Origin: Desulfurococcaceae archaeon
Lineage (GTDB): Archaea; Thermoproteota; Thermoprotei_A; Sulfolobales; Desulfurococcaceae
NCBI GenBank assembly: GCA_028275705.1
Contig: JAPWUD010000004.1
Location: 22,001 to 86,000, forward strand
DNA length: 64,000 bases
Direction: 5' to 3'
The position numbers and the translations under genes are program-made. Under the pieces are notes generated by a model. The model was not told where the DNA came from. It saw nothing but the letters and a program-made list of their open reading frames with translations, and ran no database searches. Positions within the stretch are counted from its first letter, which is position 1. Every line of letters begins with the position of its first letter. This document shows, in pieces, positions 31,796-41,729 of this stretch.

Positions 31796-34000
31796 TTATT
31801 TCTTCCTAAAGATTAGAACTAGTATGGCGATAGCTAGGATCAATGCTGCGAGTGATGTTAGTGCTAATGATGTAGTTTCATATACTGTGGTTGTGACTGG
31901 TTGTGTTGTAGTTAGAGTGGTAGTTGCCTGGAGTGTGGTTGTAGTTGTTTGAGTTGTTGTTTGTGTTGTGGTGAGCGTTTGAGTTGTTGCCCTCTCTAGT
32001 GTTATCTCTACTCTCTCTGTGGCTGTTACTACGCTGACTTGTGTGTGGGTTATTGTTATGGGTTTAAATATTGGCAGTGGAGTGCCAATGGAGTTGAGCG
32101 GTGGATCTATACCTAGTAGAGCTGTTACTGTGGGTGCAATGCTTGTTGATTGAATTAAACCTAGCACACCATGGCCTATCCCCGCTCCAACCGCTCCGAA
32201 AACAGCCCATAGTTCTGGGTAGTATGGGAGATCCTGGTGGTTGGCTGTTATAGTTGATAACGGTGTGGCGTTTACGAATGGATTGCCTGTGGGGGAGAAG
32301 CCTCCATAGGGTGCGTAGCCGGGCTTCGTACTGATTATAATATCCCCGACTCTGTCGCCGAATAATCCAAGTGCTTTGGCCTCGCTCTTCTTCATGACGA
32401 CGCTGAATACCGGCTCTCCAGTGTCTGGGTCCCTAACGCTTGAGAGGACTGCCATTACTTGGTTGACAATGCTATCGTACTGAGAAGGATCTACTATGCC
32501 TCCTTGCTCTCTATCCTTGAGATTAATGAATACTTGGTTGTATCCATTATACCAAGCTATTGTTTCATTGAGTAGTATTTGGCCTCCACTCCTCTTGAGG
32601 AACCCCGCTTGCTCTAATATGTTGTTTACGTAGATTAGTTTAGCAACGGGCCATTGGCCATGGTCTGAAACAACTATTATCGCTGTATTACTAAGGTCAA
32701 CCTCGGAGATCAGCATTTGAACGAATTCATCAGCCCACTTAATTGCCTCCTGGATGTAAGCCATGTACTTTGGTGCTGTCGATGGATTATAGTAGGGCAT
32801 TCTAGGGTCTATTAATCCAAGGAATTGGTGGTATACGTTGTCTACTATGGACGTGTAGGTCATTAAGAGGTTCCAGTCTGTGTTCCTAATAAGCCACCTA
32901 GTAAACTCCATGAAGAACATGTTTGTGTAGTGAACAGTCTCCATGTATGTATCTTCATCAAACCACTTATTTGTTAAGCCATAGTAGTCACCGTCTGTTA
33001 TGAAGCCTGTTTTAACTACTACTTCATTCCACACTCTCCAAGCTAAGTTTCTATCACTAAACCATAATGGAGATGCTTCAAAGGGCCTTGTCAGAGACCT
33101 ATATACCTTGAAGTTTGAGAGAGATAGATTCAACGCCTTGAAGAGTGGTGCAATAATGTAAGTTGTCTTTTGGTAGGTTAAAGTAGTGTTTAAAGGCTTA
33201 CTCCACTCGCCCTCCTTGAGAACAGCTAGTGCATTTGAGAGGTTCTTTTCCCTTGGGACAATGGCCACGATGTCTGGGCTGGAATCACTATTTGTATCTG
33301 CGATGAAGAAGTACCATACTTCATCTCCGAAATTAAATGGCGCCTCCCAAGTATTGTAGAATGTATAGCCGGGTAGGCTTCCAGTCCAACCACTAGCAGG
33401 TGTTATATTTAGATAGTAGGCTCTAGGAATACTCTTATTGCTCGTGTAGAGTGTTGAGTATGTTGGTGAACCCATTGATGAATCATAGGGGTTGAAAACT
33501 ACTGATTGCTTCAACTTCCCCTCCCAAGCCCATGGGTCGCTCTGGGGGAAACTAGCTACTATAGCCTTAAGCCCCTGTCTATCTACTGTCACCCATAGTG
33601 GCTCAGCTAGCAGCATGGATCCATTGAACCCTGTTATGGTGGAAGTTAGTGGAGTTCCAGGGAGGTGTATAGCGTTCCCAGTAATCCCAGTAATACCTGG
33701 TGGAGCACCAGTTGATATTACAGCGTGACTTACAGCTGTGGATGATGGAAAACTAACAATCATACCCTGCGCTAAAAAGCCATTTTGAAATATATACTTG
33801 AATCCAGGTAGATCTAATGCTATTTGGCTCTGGTTCAACAATATACTCCACAACATATCCGCCTTCAACGCGTCTATACTTAATACAACAACCCGCTTAG
33901 CCAATCCACCAGTCTGGGCAAGTGCAGGCGTTAGTAGGATTGATAGAGACAGTGCGGTGAGTAGTAATATCGAGAAAATCTTTAAATTCACACACTTCAC
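31796..34000 (-). CDS. Secreted, membrane-anchored alkaline phosphatase superfamily (nucleotide pyrophosphatase/phosphodiesterase) protein
   Basis: VVLSIDAL, FPSSTAVSH, DNVYHQF, VSDHG; Thr-rich linker, TM helix and RKK tail. Confidence 0.9.
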   Translation of the reverse strand: MKCVNLKIFSILLLTALSLSILLTPALAQTGGLAKRVVVLSIDALKADMLWSILLNQSQIALDLPGFKYIFQNGFLAQGMIVSFPSSTAVSHAVISTGAPPGITGITGNAIHLPGTPLTSTITGFNGSMLLAEPLWVTVDRQGLKAIVASFPQSDPWAWEGKLKQSVVFNPYDSSMGSPTYSTLYTSNKSIPRAYYLNITPASGWTGSLPGYTFYNTWEAPFNFGDEVWYFFIADTNSDSSPDIVAIVPREKNLSNALAVLKEGEWSKPLNTTLTYQKTTYIIAPLFKALNLSLSNFKVYRSLTRPFEASPLWFSDRNLAWRVWNEVVVKTGFITDGDYYGLTNKWFDEDTYMETVHYTNMFFMEFTRWLIRNTDWNLLMTYTSIVDNVYHQFLGLIDPRMPYYNPSTAPKYMAYIQEAIKWADEFVQMLISEVDLSNTAIIVVSDHGQWPVAKLIYVNNILEQAGFLKRSGGQILLNETIAWYNGYNQVFINLKDREQGGIVDPSQYDSIVNQVMAVLSSVRDPDTGEPVFSVVMKKSEAKALGLFGDRVGDIIISTKPGYAPYGGFSPTGNPFVNATPLSTITANHQDLPYYPELWAVFGAVGAGIGHGVLGLIQSTSIAPTVTALLGIDPPLNSIGTPLPIFKPITITHTQVSVVTATERVEITLERATTQTLTTTQTTTQTTTTTLQATTTLTTTQPVTTTVYETTSLALTSLAALILAIAILVLIFRKK

Positions 34001-34059
34001 CCCGTATTCTATAAACTAAGCTCGAGTTTATAAGCTTTAAATTGATTCAACAGCAACTT

Positions 34060-34095
34060 CCAACCTCCTTCCGCTTAAAAAGCGAGGCTTCAGCT
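34060..34095 (-). mobile_element. ~36-bp degenerate single-hairpin IS200/IS605 relic
   Basis: Reverse complement TTTAT|AGCTGAAGCCTCGCTTTTTAAGCGGAAGGAGGTTGG, aligns with 11333-11371. Confidence 0.68.
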
Positions 34096-34179
34096 ATAAA
34101 GGAATGCCTCCGTGAAACTGCTTTGGTTTTCATATAGATGTTTAAGGGTTGATATTAACTCTCTTATTTGGAAGCGGAA

Positions 34180-34254
34180 GTGCTGGGGCCGAGGAAGGTT
34201 TGCGAGAGACTTGGTATTAGCTATCGCCAAACTACTGGTAGAGAAGAAAAATGA
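34180..34254 (+). pseudogene. 5' remnant of IS607 serine recombinase tnpA (MerR-like HTH)
   Basis: GTG-start MLGPRKVCERLGISYRQ resembles crenarchaeal IS607 TnpA N-termini (ML.P.E.C.RLGISY); lies directly behind the left-end promoter. Confidence 0.68.
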
Positions 34255-34379
34255 GACCAATAGACGTCGCTAAACTACTGAGGGTACCCGAAGAGACACG
34301 TTGCAAAATAATAGATGAATTGATGAACATGGGAATAATCAAGAGAACAGGGAGAGGAAAATATGAGTGGTGGCGATGA
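34251..34379 (+). CDS. 42-aa winged-helix fragment (cargo)
   Basis: MRPIDVAKLLRVPEETRCKIIDELMNMGIIKRTGRGKYEWWR; below the ORF-track cutoff; may be a pseudogene. Confidence 0.45.
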   Translation: MRPIDVAKLLRVPEETRCKIIDELMNMGIIKRTGRGKYEWWR

Positions 34380-34715
34380 AAGCGTCTATCAAAGAGCAAA
34401 TAATCGAGACAAAACACATGACGCTACTGCAACTTATGGATTTGTAAAAGAAAGAAAAGCGAGAACAATCCAAGACAAGCACATATCATAGAAATAGAGG
34501 ATGAATACACATTAATAGAAGAGGACAATACATGCAATCTATAAACTCTAGAATAAACGCAGATTTGTACAATGTACAATCAATAATAGACCCCCAAGGG
34601 TTCGTCCATCTGCTATGTCCATGTTTAGGCGAATACGCACTTTTGCAGAGCACTTCAGAATTTTATGCGAGGAAAATATTTAGGATATTTTTGTTTATGT
34701 TAAAAATGTGGGATA

Positions 34716-35369
34716 ATGAGTTCAAGCCTTAAGCTTGTGTCTTTAGTTCTAGTAATAGCAATACTTTCCTTAGTCTTAGCTACATCTGCGATGCTGGAAA
34801 AACCTGAAACCAACACCAAGTTTATTAATGAGCGGGGGATCTTTTACGACGAGCTTCCCTTAAACCTAAGAATGATTCCCAAACCGGAGATTTCCATTAA
34901 TAACCGAGCACCCGATTTTCTCATAATATCTAGTACGAGATATGAGGAGTTGCTTGCTGCGGGAAAGTTGGGCCCAGTAAAGAATGTTTGGTTTGCAAAA
35001 GAAGCCCCTCAAGGAGCATCCATTAAAGATGGATCTGAGATGTGGGTTGTAATAGAGCCGTTGGTTATTACAGTACCTATATCCATCAATGGCACTCTCA
35101 TTCCTAGAACTTTCGACAGCTATGGTCCATATAGTTCCTGCTTATATGTATATGTTCAAGTAACGTGGTCTCCTGTTGACCAAATACTTGGTATTGCTCT
35201 AGAAGATATTGACGCTGGAGAGGGATACGGGTATTGGTTTACTGAGGGTTCAGCGTCGGCAGGCTTCTCAACAGATTGGCAGAGAAGGTATAACATCCTC
35301 ATTTTAAGCTATGCAGGTAATACTAAAATCCTCAACTATAATGGAACAATAACCCTTTATATCTGGTGA
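34716..35369 (+). CDS. Secreted hypothetical protein (cargo inside IS607-type element)
   Basis: Hydrophobic signal peptide, beta-rich C-terminal domain, followed by T-rich tract and hairpin. Confidence 0.65.
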   Translation: MSSSLKLVSLVLVIAILSLVLATSAMLEKPETNTKFINERGIFYDELPLNLRMIPKPEISINNRAPDFLIISSTRYEELLAAGKLGPVKNVWFAKEAPQGASIKDGSEMWVVIEPLVITVPISINGTLIPRTFDSYGPYSSCLYVYVQVTWSPVDQILGIALEDIDAGEGYGYWFTEGSASAGFSTDWQRRYNILILSYAGNTKILNYNGTITLYIW

Positions 35370-35793
35370 CTTTCTTTTTAACCCAGGGGCTTTGCCCCTT
35401 CCTTAAGCGACAAATAACGCAACGATTTAGACATAAGGAACATTATTAATACACACTACTTGAAAAACAGGCCTTGTCTTGCAAATTTCATGTTGCTTGC
35501 CGTCACGCAGCTCATAGTGCTCGCACGTCCCATCTGCTCTTATATTATGGCTTGGTAGGCATCAATAAACATATGCCTAAAACACTCCTAGACGCGAGGA
35601 TTGCCCCACAGCGATGACCCAGAGGAGGTAGTGAAGGGTGAGCCGTGGGTTGGGTTATCCCGAGCGGGTGGAGTCCTATGACATGGATCCTGGTGAGAGA
35701 GATCCCGAGGGCTGTGAAGCCAAGGGAAGAGGGCTTAACACCAAGCAATATCAAGTCCAATGAAACCCAAACCCCAGTTGATTCTATTGGTTT

Positions 35794-36642
35794 TTATATT
35801 TTAAGGTTGGATATTACTATGCCTGTGCCAACTAGGATTGCCCCAGTGATCGTTTTGGCTGCTAACTTCTCTCTGGATATTGTCCTAGTTGTTATTTGAG
35901 AGAGTATGGGTGTTAGGGATTCTACTAATACTGTGTATGCAACGCCAATAGTTCCTATTGAATATGTGAGGAGTAGTGTCCCCAGGCCTAGTGAGAACGA
36001 GCCCACCAAGATCGAGGCTTTTACCATGTTAAGCCAAGTGTCTCTCGGCTTCTCAAATGCGACGCCAATTGGTGTTAATAAGAGGCTTACAACGAGCATT
36101 CTAGTCGCTGTTAGAGATGCAAAGTTATAATATTTAAGAGCTGGCTTTAAAAGAGATGTTCCAGCACCCCAGAGTATTGATGTTGCAGCAGCGGCAAGTA
36201 TACCCCTCACCCGTAGAGCCCTCTTCTCCAGGCTACCGAAGGGGTTTACACTCACAATTATCCCAGTGAACGCTAAGGCGAGCCCTATTAGAAGAGGTAG
36301 TTTTAGTTGCTCTCCGGAGAATATTGCTGAGAAAGCTGAAGCTGTGAAAATGTATGAGTAGCTTATGGTAACAGCTAGAGAACCCCCAATAAATTTAATT
36401 GACTGTGCATAGAGTGCGTCTCCAAGCCCTATTTCTAGAATAGCTGATGCAAGTACGTAGGGGAAGCCATCGCCAAATCCCGGTAAAGAGTGCATTATAG
36501 CAGTAGTAAAGGCGAAGGCGGCAAGGGCTTTGAGACCCGAGAACGTCAATGGTTTTATCGACTCTGAATACCTAGACACAATGGCAGGGTGGAGGCTCCA
36601 GGCAATACTAGCCCCAATAGCTGGCAATATTCGAGTATCCAT
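35794..36642 (-). CDS. EamA/DMT-family transporter
   Basis: About ten TM helices, duplicated domain, GDALY...IG.S.A, WG, EKL..KTITGAIL. Confidence 0.88.
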   Translation of the reverse strand: MDTRILPAIGASIAWSLHPAIVSRYSESIKPLTFSGLKALAAFAFTTAIMHSLPGFGDGFPYVLASAILEIGLGDALYAQSIKFIGGSLAVTISYSYIFTASAFSAIFSGEQLKLPLLIGLALAFTGIIVSVNPFGSLEKRALRVRGILAAAATSILWGAGTSLLKPALKYYNFASLTATRMLVVSLLLTPIGVAFEKPRDTWLNMVKASILVGSFSLGLGTLLLTYSIGTIGVAYTVLVESLTPILSQITTRTISREKLAAKTITGAILVGTGIVISNLKI

Positions 36643-36898
36643 TAGAGACGCCTTAATAATATTCTATAAATAGCTTATTAATAAGCCTCATAGAACACGG
36701 CGAATTTGCTCTAAACCCCTGAGACTTAAATAAGGACTAGTATTGTATTATCCTCTAGACCAGGTATAATGCAATGGAAGCATCCTCAAGTCAGATCGAT
36801 TGAAGTAGGAGTGCATTATCCTGAATTACACTGATTTCAAGTAGTTCATTGGCGAAATTATTAAACTTAACTCTACGCTGGGTAGATGCAGATAGTAG

Positions 36899-38173
36899 CT
36901 AGATTTCTTCGATACGTACTCCTTCATCTATTTTAACTAGCCAGGCTCCAGCCGCGGTTCTACTAGTCTCTCTAGCCACTCTCTCACCAATTATTTCGTC
37001 TTCCACAATTGCGAATAATGCTCCACCTAAGCCAGCACCACTTATCTTTACACCGATAGCGCCTGCCTCAAGAGCTCTTCTCCTTATTTCCTCTAGCTCT
37101 GGTGTACTTACATCATACATGTCTCTTAGTAATACGTGTTGGTAGTTAATGAGTCCTCCTAGAGCCTTGAGGAGGGGATTATGTGTTTTTAATGCCTCCT
37201 CAAGGCAGACACTGCACTCTCTAGTCAAGTATTCCTCCACTTCACGGATTCTACTGGGATTGGGGTTTTCCATTAATTCTAGTGCTTGGATCGTTGAGTA
37301 ATGCATTTTCAATGTAAATAAAATCCTCCTCTTTGCATTATACTCTAGTTTCTCAAGATAGGGTGTTATGGTTTCTATGTTTAATAACTCCCACTTTGTT
37401 TCATATGGGTCTAAGCTAATTAGTCTTTTGATCTCGCTTGGAATATCCTTTTGAAGTAGAAGCTGTTCTAGTCCTCTACGTATCTCATTTATTCTAATGG
37501 GGTGAATTGCCCCCGTAGAGTGCCTTATCCCGGAGTTAATTGCTACAAGTTTAAGTGTATATGTCTCAAGTGTTTTAACCCCGTATGGAGGTCTAGTCTC
37601 TATGCGTGATATGTAACCAAATGCAGAGCCATACTGGTCTAGTCTACCACATGGAATCCCCATGACATCGTGCTCACTTATATAGGCTAATTCAGCTATT
37701 TCTCCCCTCTCCAGTTTAAACCCCCATAGATCCGACAATGCCTTAATTGATGCTACTTGTAGTGCAGCACTACTTGCAAGGCCTGAAGCTATTGGTATCT
37801 CACTATAGATCAACATGTAGAAGTCTTTTGCAAGTCTATATTTGTTTTTCAGCGTTAAAACAACTGATCTTATGTAGTCGCCAAACCAGCTACCACCCCT
37901 CAACACAGGCTTTTCAACGCTAAATTCATCCATGCATGGGAGGCCATCTAAGCAGAGGTTTAATGAAATAACTCTAGTTGTTGATTGAGAATCTGCTACA
38001 GCAATGTATGTTCTCTTATTAATTGCGACTGAAACTACAGGTAGACCCTTATAGTCCTGGTGGGTATTGAGAAAGTCTAGTCGACCGGGTGCTGAGGCAA
38101 TAAGATCTGGTTGTCTTCCAAAGACCTCTTTAAATTTCTCCACAATGTATTTTAATACTTTCACTCCATACAC
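36899..38173 (-). CDS. galK: Galactokinase (GHMP kinase)
   Basis: APGRLDFLNTHQDY, PIASGLASSAA, CGRLDQY, KISGAGLGG; overlaps galT. Confidence 0.85.
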   Translation of the reverse strand: MYGVKVLKYIVEKFKEVFGRQPDLIASAPGRLDFLNTHQDYKGLPVVSVAINKRTYIAVADSQSTTRVISLNLCLDGLPCMDEFSVEKPVLRGGSWFGDYIRSVVLTLKNKYRLAKDFYMLIYSEIPIASGLASSAALQVASIKALSDLWGFKLERGEIAELAYISEHDVMGIPCGRLDQYGSAFGYISRIETRPPYGVKTLETYTLKLVAINSGIRHSTGAIHPIRINEIRRGLEQLLLQKDIPSEIKRLISLDPYETKWELLNIETITPYLEKLEYNAKRRILFTLKMHYSTIQALELMENPNPSRIREVEEYLTRECSVCLEEALKTHNPLLKALGGLINYQHVLLRDMYDVSTPELEEIRRRALEAGAIGVKISGAGLGGALFAIVEDEIIGERVARETSRTAAGAWLVKIDEGVRIEEI

Positions 38174-39171
38174 CTCCCCATAGCGTTTGAGAGTGAGGAA
38201 ACGGCTTTTCTACAAGCCTCTCTAAGCTCTAAAGCCTTTTCCTCTGGAATACCATCATACGTGAAAACCCAATACCCCCACTCTATTCCCGCTGCATACT
38301 TTAATTTCTCCCTATCCCTATATGGTTGGTAGAACTCAACGTGGAAGTGGTATTCATAGTTCCCTCTAGCTGGGTGATCGTGGAATACCATAATATATGG
38401 TGCATCCCTCTCTAAGAGCTTATTGTAGATAGCCGTAACTACTCTCAAGGAATCAGCTAGTCCCTTAGTTTGGTGATCTGTAAAGTCTCTCAGTGATTTA
38501 ACGTGTTTTAGTGGATAAATATGGATCTCGTAGGGCCACATAGCGTAAAATGGTATCAACAGTAAGAACTCTTCATTGTAGTAAATCAACCTCTTTCCAT
38601 ACTTCAACTCGTATTTGGCTACATCGCAGAGGAGGCATGAACCTATTTTCTCTCTGTATTCTCTGAAGGAATCTAACTCTTGCTTTACACGTGGAGGGAT
38701 GAATGGCAGTGCATATATCTGTGAGTGCGGGTGTGTGAGGGATACACCTATCTCTTTACCCTTATTTCTAAATACAGCTACATACTCGACGAAGTCTAGT
38801 CTACTTAGTCTCTCCACTTCACTCTTATAGGTCTCTACAACTTTTACCGCGTGATCAAGGCTTAAGTCAAATAAATCCCCCTCATGACTTGGAGTTTCAA
38901 CAATAACTTCAGCCACACCCCACGCCTCTCTTTTTGTATACCACATAAATTCTTCAAGTTCAACCTGTGGGGGGTTAGGGGTTAAAGCTGGGTATCTATT
39001 AGGTAGAACAGCAACATCCCACTTCTCAAGGTGTTTCAACTCTGGAGCACCGGGGCAGAATGGACATTGAAAAGAAATTTGCCTTTCCTCAGGCCGCCAT
39101 GGTCTAACAGCTCTATGCTTAGCCACTATTATCCACTGCTTGATCAATGGATTGAATCTAATTTCGTGCAT
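38161..39171 (-). CDS. galT: Galactose-1-phosphate uridylyltransferase
   Basis: EIRFNPL, CPFCPG, NRYPAL, GVSLTHPHSQ, HFHVEF. Confidence 0.95.
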   Translation of the reverse strand: MHEIRFNPLIKQWIIVAKHRAVRPWRPEERQISFQCPFCPGAPELKHLEKWDVAVLPNRYPALTPNPPQVELEEFMWYTKREAWGVAEVIVETPSHEGDLFDLSLDHAVKVVETYKSEVERLSRLDFVEYVAVFRNKGKEIGVSLTHPHSQIYALPFIPPRVKQELDSFREYREKIGSCLLCDVAKYELKYGKRLIYYNEEFLLLIPFYAMWPYEIHIYPLKHVKSLRDFTDHQTKGLADSLRVVTAIYNKLLERDAPYIMVFHDHPARGNYEYHFHVEFYQPYRDREKLKYAAGIEWGYWVFTYDGIPEEKALELREACRKAVSSLSNAMGRCME

Positions 39172-39811
39172 AGTACATTAGGCACCCCACTATTATCCAT
39201 GATGCAATAAGAGTAAAATACCTAGTTAGCCCATATCCATTGAAACCATTATTTCTAAGTGGTAATTATCTTCATCCCAGGGCTTTCAATATTTTGAACA
39301 GGGAATTATACATCTACATGGACTTTGACATCTTTATGGGGATCATAAACCCTCAAACCTCAAGGACGTGAATTCAAATCTATTATCACTCGAGCAGGTC
39401 TATACGAAGGCCACAGCCTAGTGTTCGTATAAGTTCGCATCAATCAGCGAGTAGGGAGTAAACTCAAAGCTTGCAAACACCTTCCATACCTAGAAAACTA
39501 AAATCCCTGAGCAACTATGTTGAAGGAAACAACGTATCTGATTTATATGACACGACTCGTCATTGCCGTTAACTAAATATCTTCATCTTCGTCGATTTCT
39601 ACTCGATCTGTCTTGTAAGCGGTTTAACTGCTATAAGTATGCTTGTTGAAGACCAACTTGTGGACACCACTACATAGGTGAGGGTATTGTAAACAAGTAT
39701 GGTATGCCGCGGCCTCAGCTTTGACTTAGAATACGATGTGGGGAGGGATTGAAGCTATTTCGGCGGCTTCCTATAAGTGATGCTATTCCCAATAGTTGTT
39801 CAACGAGTTTT

Positions 39812-40828
39812 CTACGTGGTAATTAATCTCATTATTCTAGCTCTAATTATCTCCCTTCTTCTAAGTATTCCTTGTGCCGCTAATGCAACTATTATGACGA
39901 GTCCGTGAACTAGCCTTATCCAAAAGCCTGTTACACCTGCCGCTACTACCCCCATTTCTATGAATTCTAGGATTAATCCACCAATAAAGGTTCCATAAAT
40001 TGTCCCTACTCCACCAGTTACTGGTGTTCCACCAATAACAACTGAGGACACTGATTTCAACATATAAATGTCTCCTAGAGTTGGGTAGAACGTAGCCATG
40101 GCGAGAGTAGCTATCATACCCGCAAATGCAGCAACAACGCCGTGTATAGCGTAAACTGTTATTAAGACTCTATCAACGTTTATACCCACCATTTGAGCAG
40201 CCACTCTATTATCCCCAATGTAGTAGATATATGCACCGAACTTGTGTTTATTAAGGAATAGCCAGAAAATAAAAGCAAGTACAATGGTCCAAAAGAATTG
40301 AATTGGTATATCCCCAAATCTACCAACAAGCGCGCTGAAAACAGGTGATCCCCTATACTCCCCCAACGGGATACTAAACCCCTGCGTTGCAACTAAAACC
40401 ACTCCTCTCCATAGAAATGTTGTACCTATAGTTGCAATCAATGATGGAATGCCTAGTTTAGTTATCAATACGCCATTAAGTAGCCCCGCTCCCAAACCAC
40501 CAAGTAATCCCAGTATTACACCTAGAAGCGATGCCTCACCCTGCACCTGCCAAGTCATCGCCATAATTAAGGGTCCAAAAGCCATTATAGACGAGAAGGA
40601 TAGATCTATTTCACCCGTTATTACGACAAGTGTTAGGCTAATAGCTGGAATAATGGTGTATGGCGCAACAGTCATTAGTGAAGTATACGCGAATGGATTT
40701 GCAAAAGCACTAGGGTTTATAGTGTAGAAAGTAAGCCATATTACTAGGAAAATGACTGTTATAATTATTTGTAGTTTGTATTCAGATATTACTCTCCAAG
40801 CTCTTTTCAACCCATGGATACCTGTCAT
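39812..40828 (-). CDS. Monosaccharide ABC permease (RbsC-like)
   Basis: GEIDLS, IPSLIATIG, IGDNRVAA..VGI, VVIGGT...GG.G. Confidence 0.92.
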   Translation of the reverse strand: MTGIHGLKRAWRVISEYKLQIIITVIFLVIWLTFYTINPSAFANPFAYTSLMTVAPYTIIPAISLTLVVITGEIDLSFSSIMAFGPLIMAMTWQVQGEASLLGVILGLLGGLGAGLLNGVLITKLGIPSLIATIGTTFLWRGVVLVATQGFSIPLGEYRGSPVFSALVGRFGDIPIQFFWTIVLAFIFWLFLNKHKFGAYIYYIGDNRVAAQMVGINVDRVLITVYAIHGVVAAFAGMIATLAMATFYPTLGDIYMLKSVSSVVIGGTPVTGGVGTIYGTFIGGLILEFIEMGVVAAGVTGFWIRLVHGLVIIVALAAQGILRRREIIRARIMRLITT

Positions 40829-40846
40829 CGCAGCCGCCTACAATAG

Positions 40847-41644
40847 TCAGGTGGGCTGAGTTCTCCCATACAGGTTTAACTCCTTGTATTTTTCGGGTAC
40901 GCTTCCTGTTCTAGCAATAGAAACCATTATCTCAGCGAGATCTTCGGGTGTTAAGTCTTTTTTGTAGAATTCTGCTACAACACTGCCTTTGTCTAGTATT
41001 ACAAATCTATCCGCGACTGGGTAGACGTGGTATATGTTATGGCTTATAAATATCGCTGATTTACCCTTCTTCTTCAACTCGTTTACGTACTCAAGTACTC
41101 TATGAGTCTCTGCGAGACTTAGCGCTGCCGTTGGCTCATCCAATATAACCAAGTCTGCTTCAAACACTAGGGCTCTAGATATTTGCACACCCTGCTGATA
41201 ACCACCTGATAAGTACTTTACGGGTGTTTCAACAGGCATTCTCGTTAACTCTAGTTGGGATAAGCTATTGTAAGCTGTTTTCTTCATATCACTAATCTTC
41301 AGGAATCCCAGCTTATTCGTGATCTCTCTGCCCATAAAAACATTTCTCCATATTGGGTGGTTTAAGCATAGTGTACGCTCCTGGTGTATGAGAACTATGC
41401 CTAGCTCGTAGGCTAGTTTAGGATTTAACCTCTTGAATTTCATGCCTTTAACAATTATTTCTCCCTCATCTGGTGCGTGAATGCCAAACAAAATCTTTAC
41501 AAGTGTAGATTTCCCGGCGCCATTGTCTCCAACCAAGCCAACTACTTCGTTTTCTCTCACATGGAAATTCACTCCTCTAAGTGCTACTACTGAACCAAAT
41601 TTCTTGACAATATTGTGCATTTCGACGATATTTTTCATGCTCAA
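40847..41644 (-). CDS. Monosaccharide ABC ATPase (single domain)
   Basis: GDNGAGKST, LSGGYQQ, DEPTAAL, ISH. Confidence 0.93.
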   Translation of the reverse strand: MSMKNIVEMHNIVKKFGSVVALRGVNFHVRENEVVGLVGDNGAGKSTLVKILFGIHAPDEGEIIVKGMKFKRLNPKLAYELGIVLIHQERTLCLNHPIWRNVFMGREITNKLGFLKISDMKKTAYNSLSQLELTRMPVETPVKYLSGGYQQGVQISRALVFEADLVILDEPTAALSLAETHRVLEYVNELKKKGKSAIFISHNIYHVYPVADRFVILDKGSVVAEFYKKDLTPEDLAEIMVSIARTGSVPEKYKELNLYGRTQPT

Positions 41645-41729
41645 TGCAAGCCACCATTAATAATAAATCTAAATACATAGGAGTATATAAAGAGTGGAAA
41701 ATGAATGGAAAAAGTAAAAATACTTTAAC

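Larger units (their letters stand above)
34107..35775 (+). mobile_element. Degenerate IS607-type element copy C with internal cargo
   Basis: Left end AACTGCTTTGGTTTTCATA..TAAGGGTTG homologous to copies A/B; tnpA N-terminal relic MLGPRKVCERLGISY (34180-); tnpB C-terminal relic ASINICLKHS*TRGLPH (35559-); shared right end ATGAAACCCAAACCCC. Confidence 0.72.

Noticed and set aside
39180..39810. Intergenic gap with ORF-like debris (also 53860-54600 and 59700-60270)
   Set aside because: Probably decayed genes, but no family could be recognised by eye.
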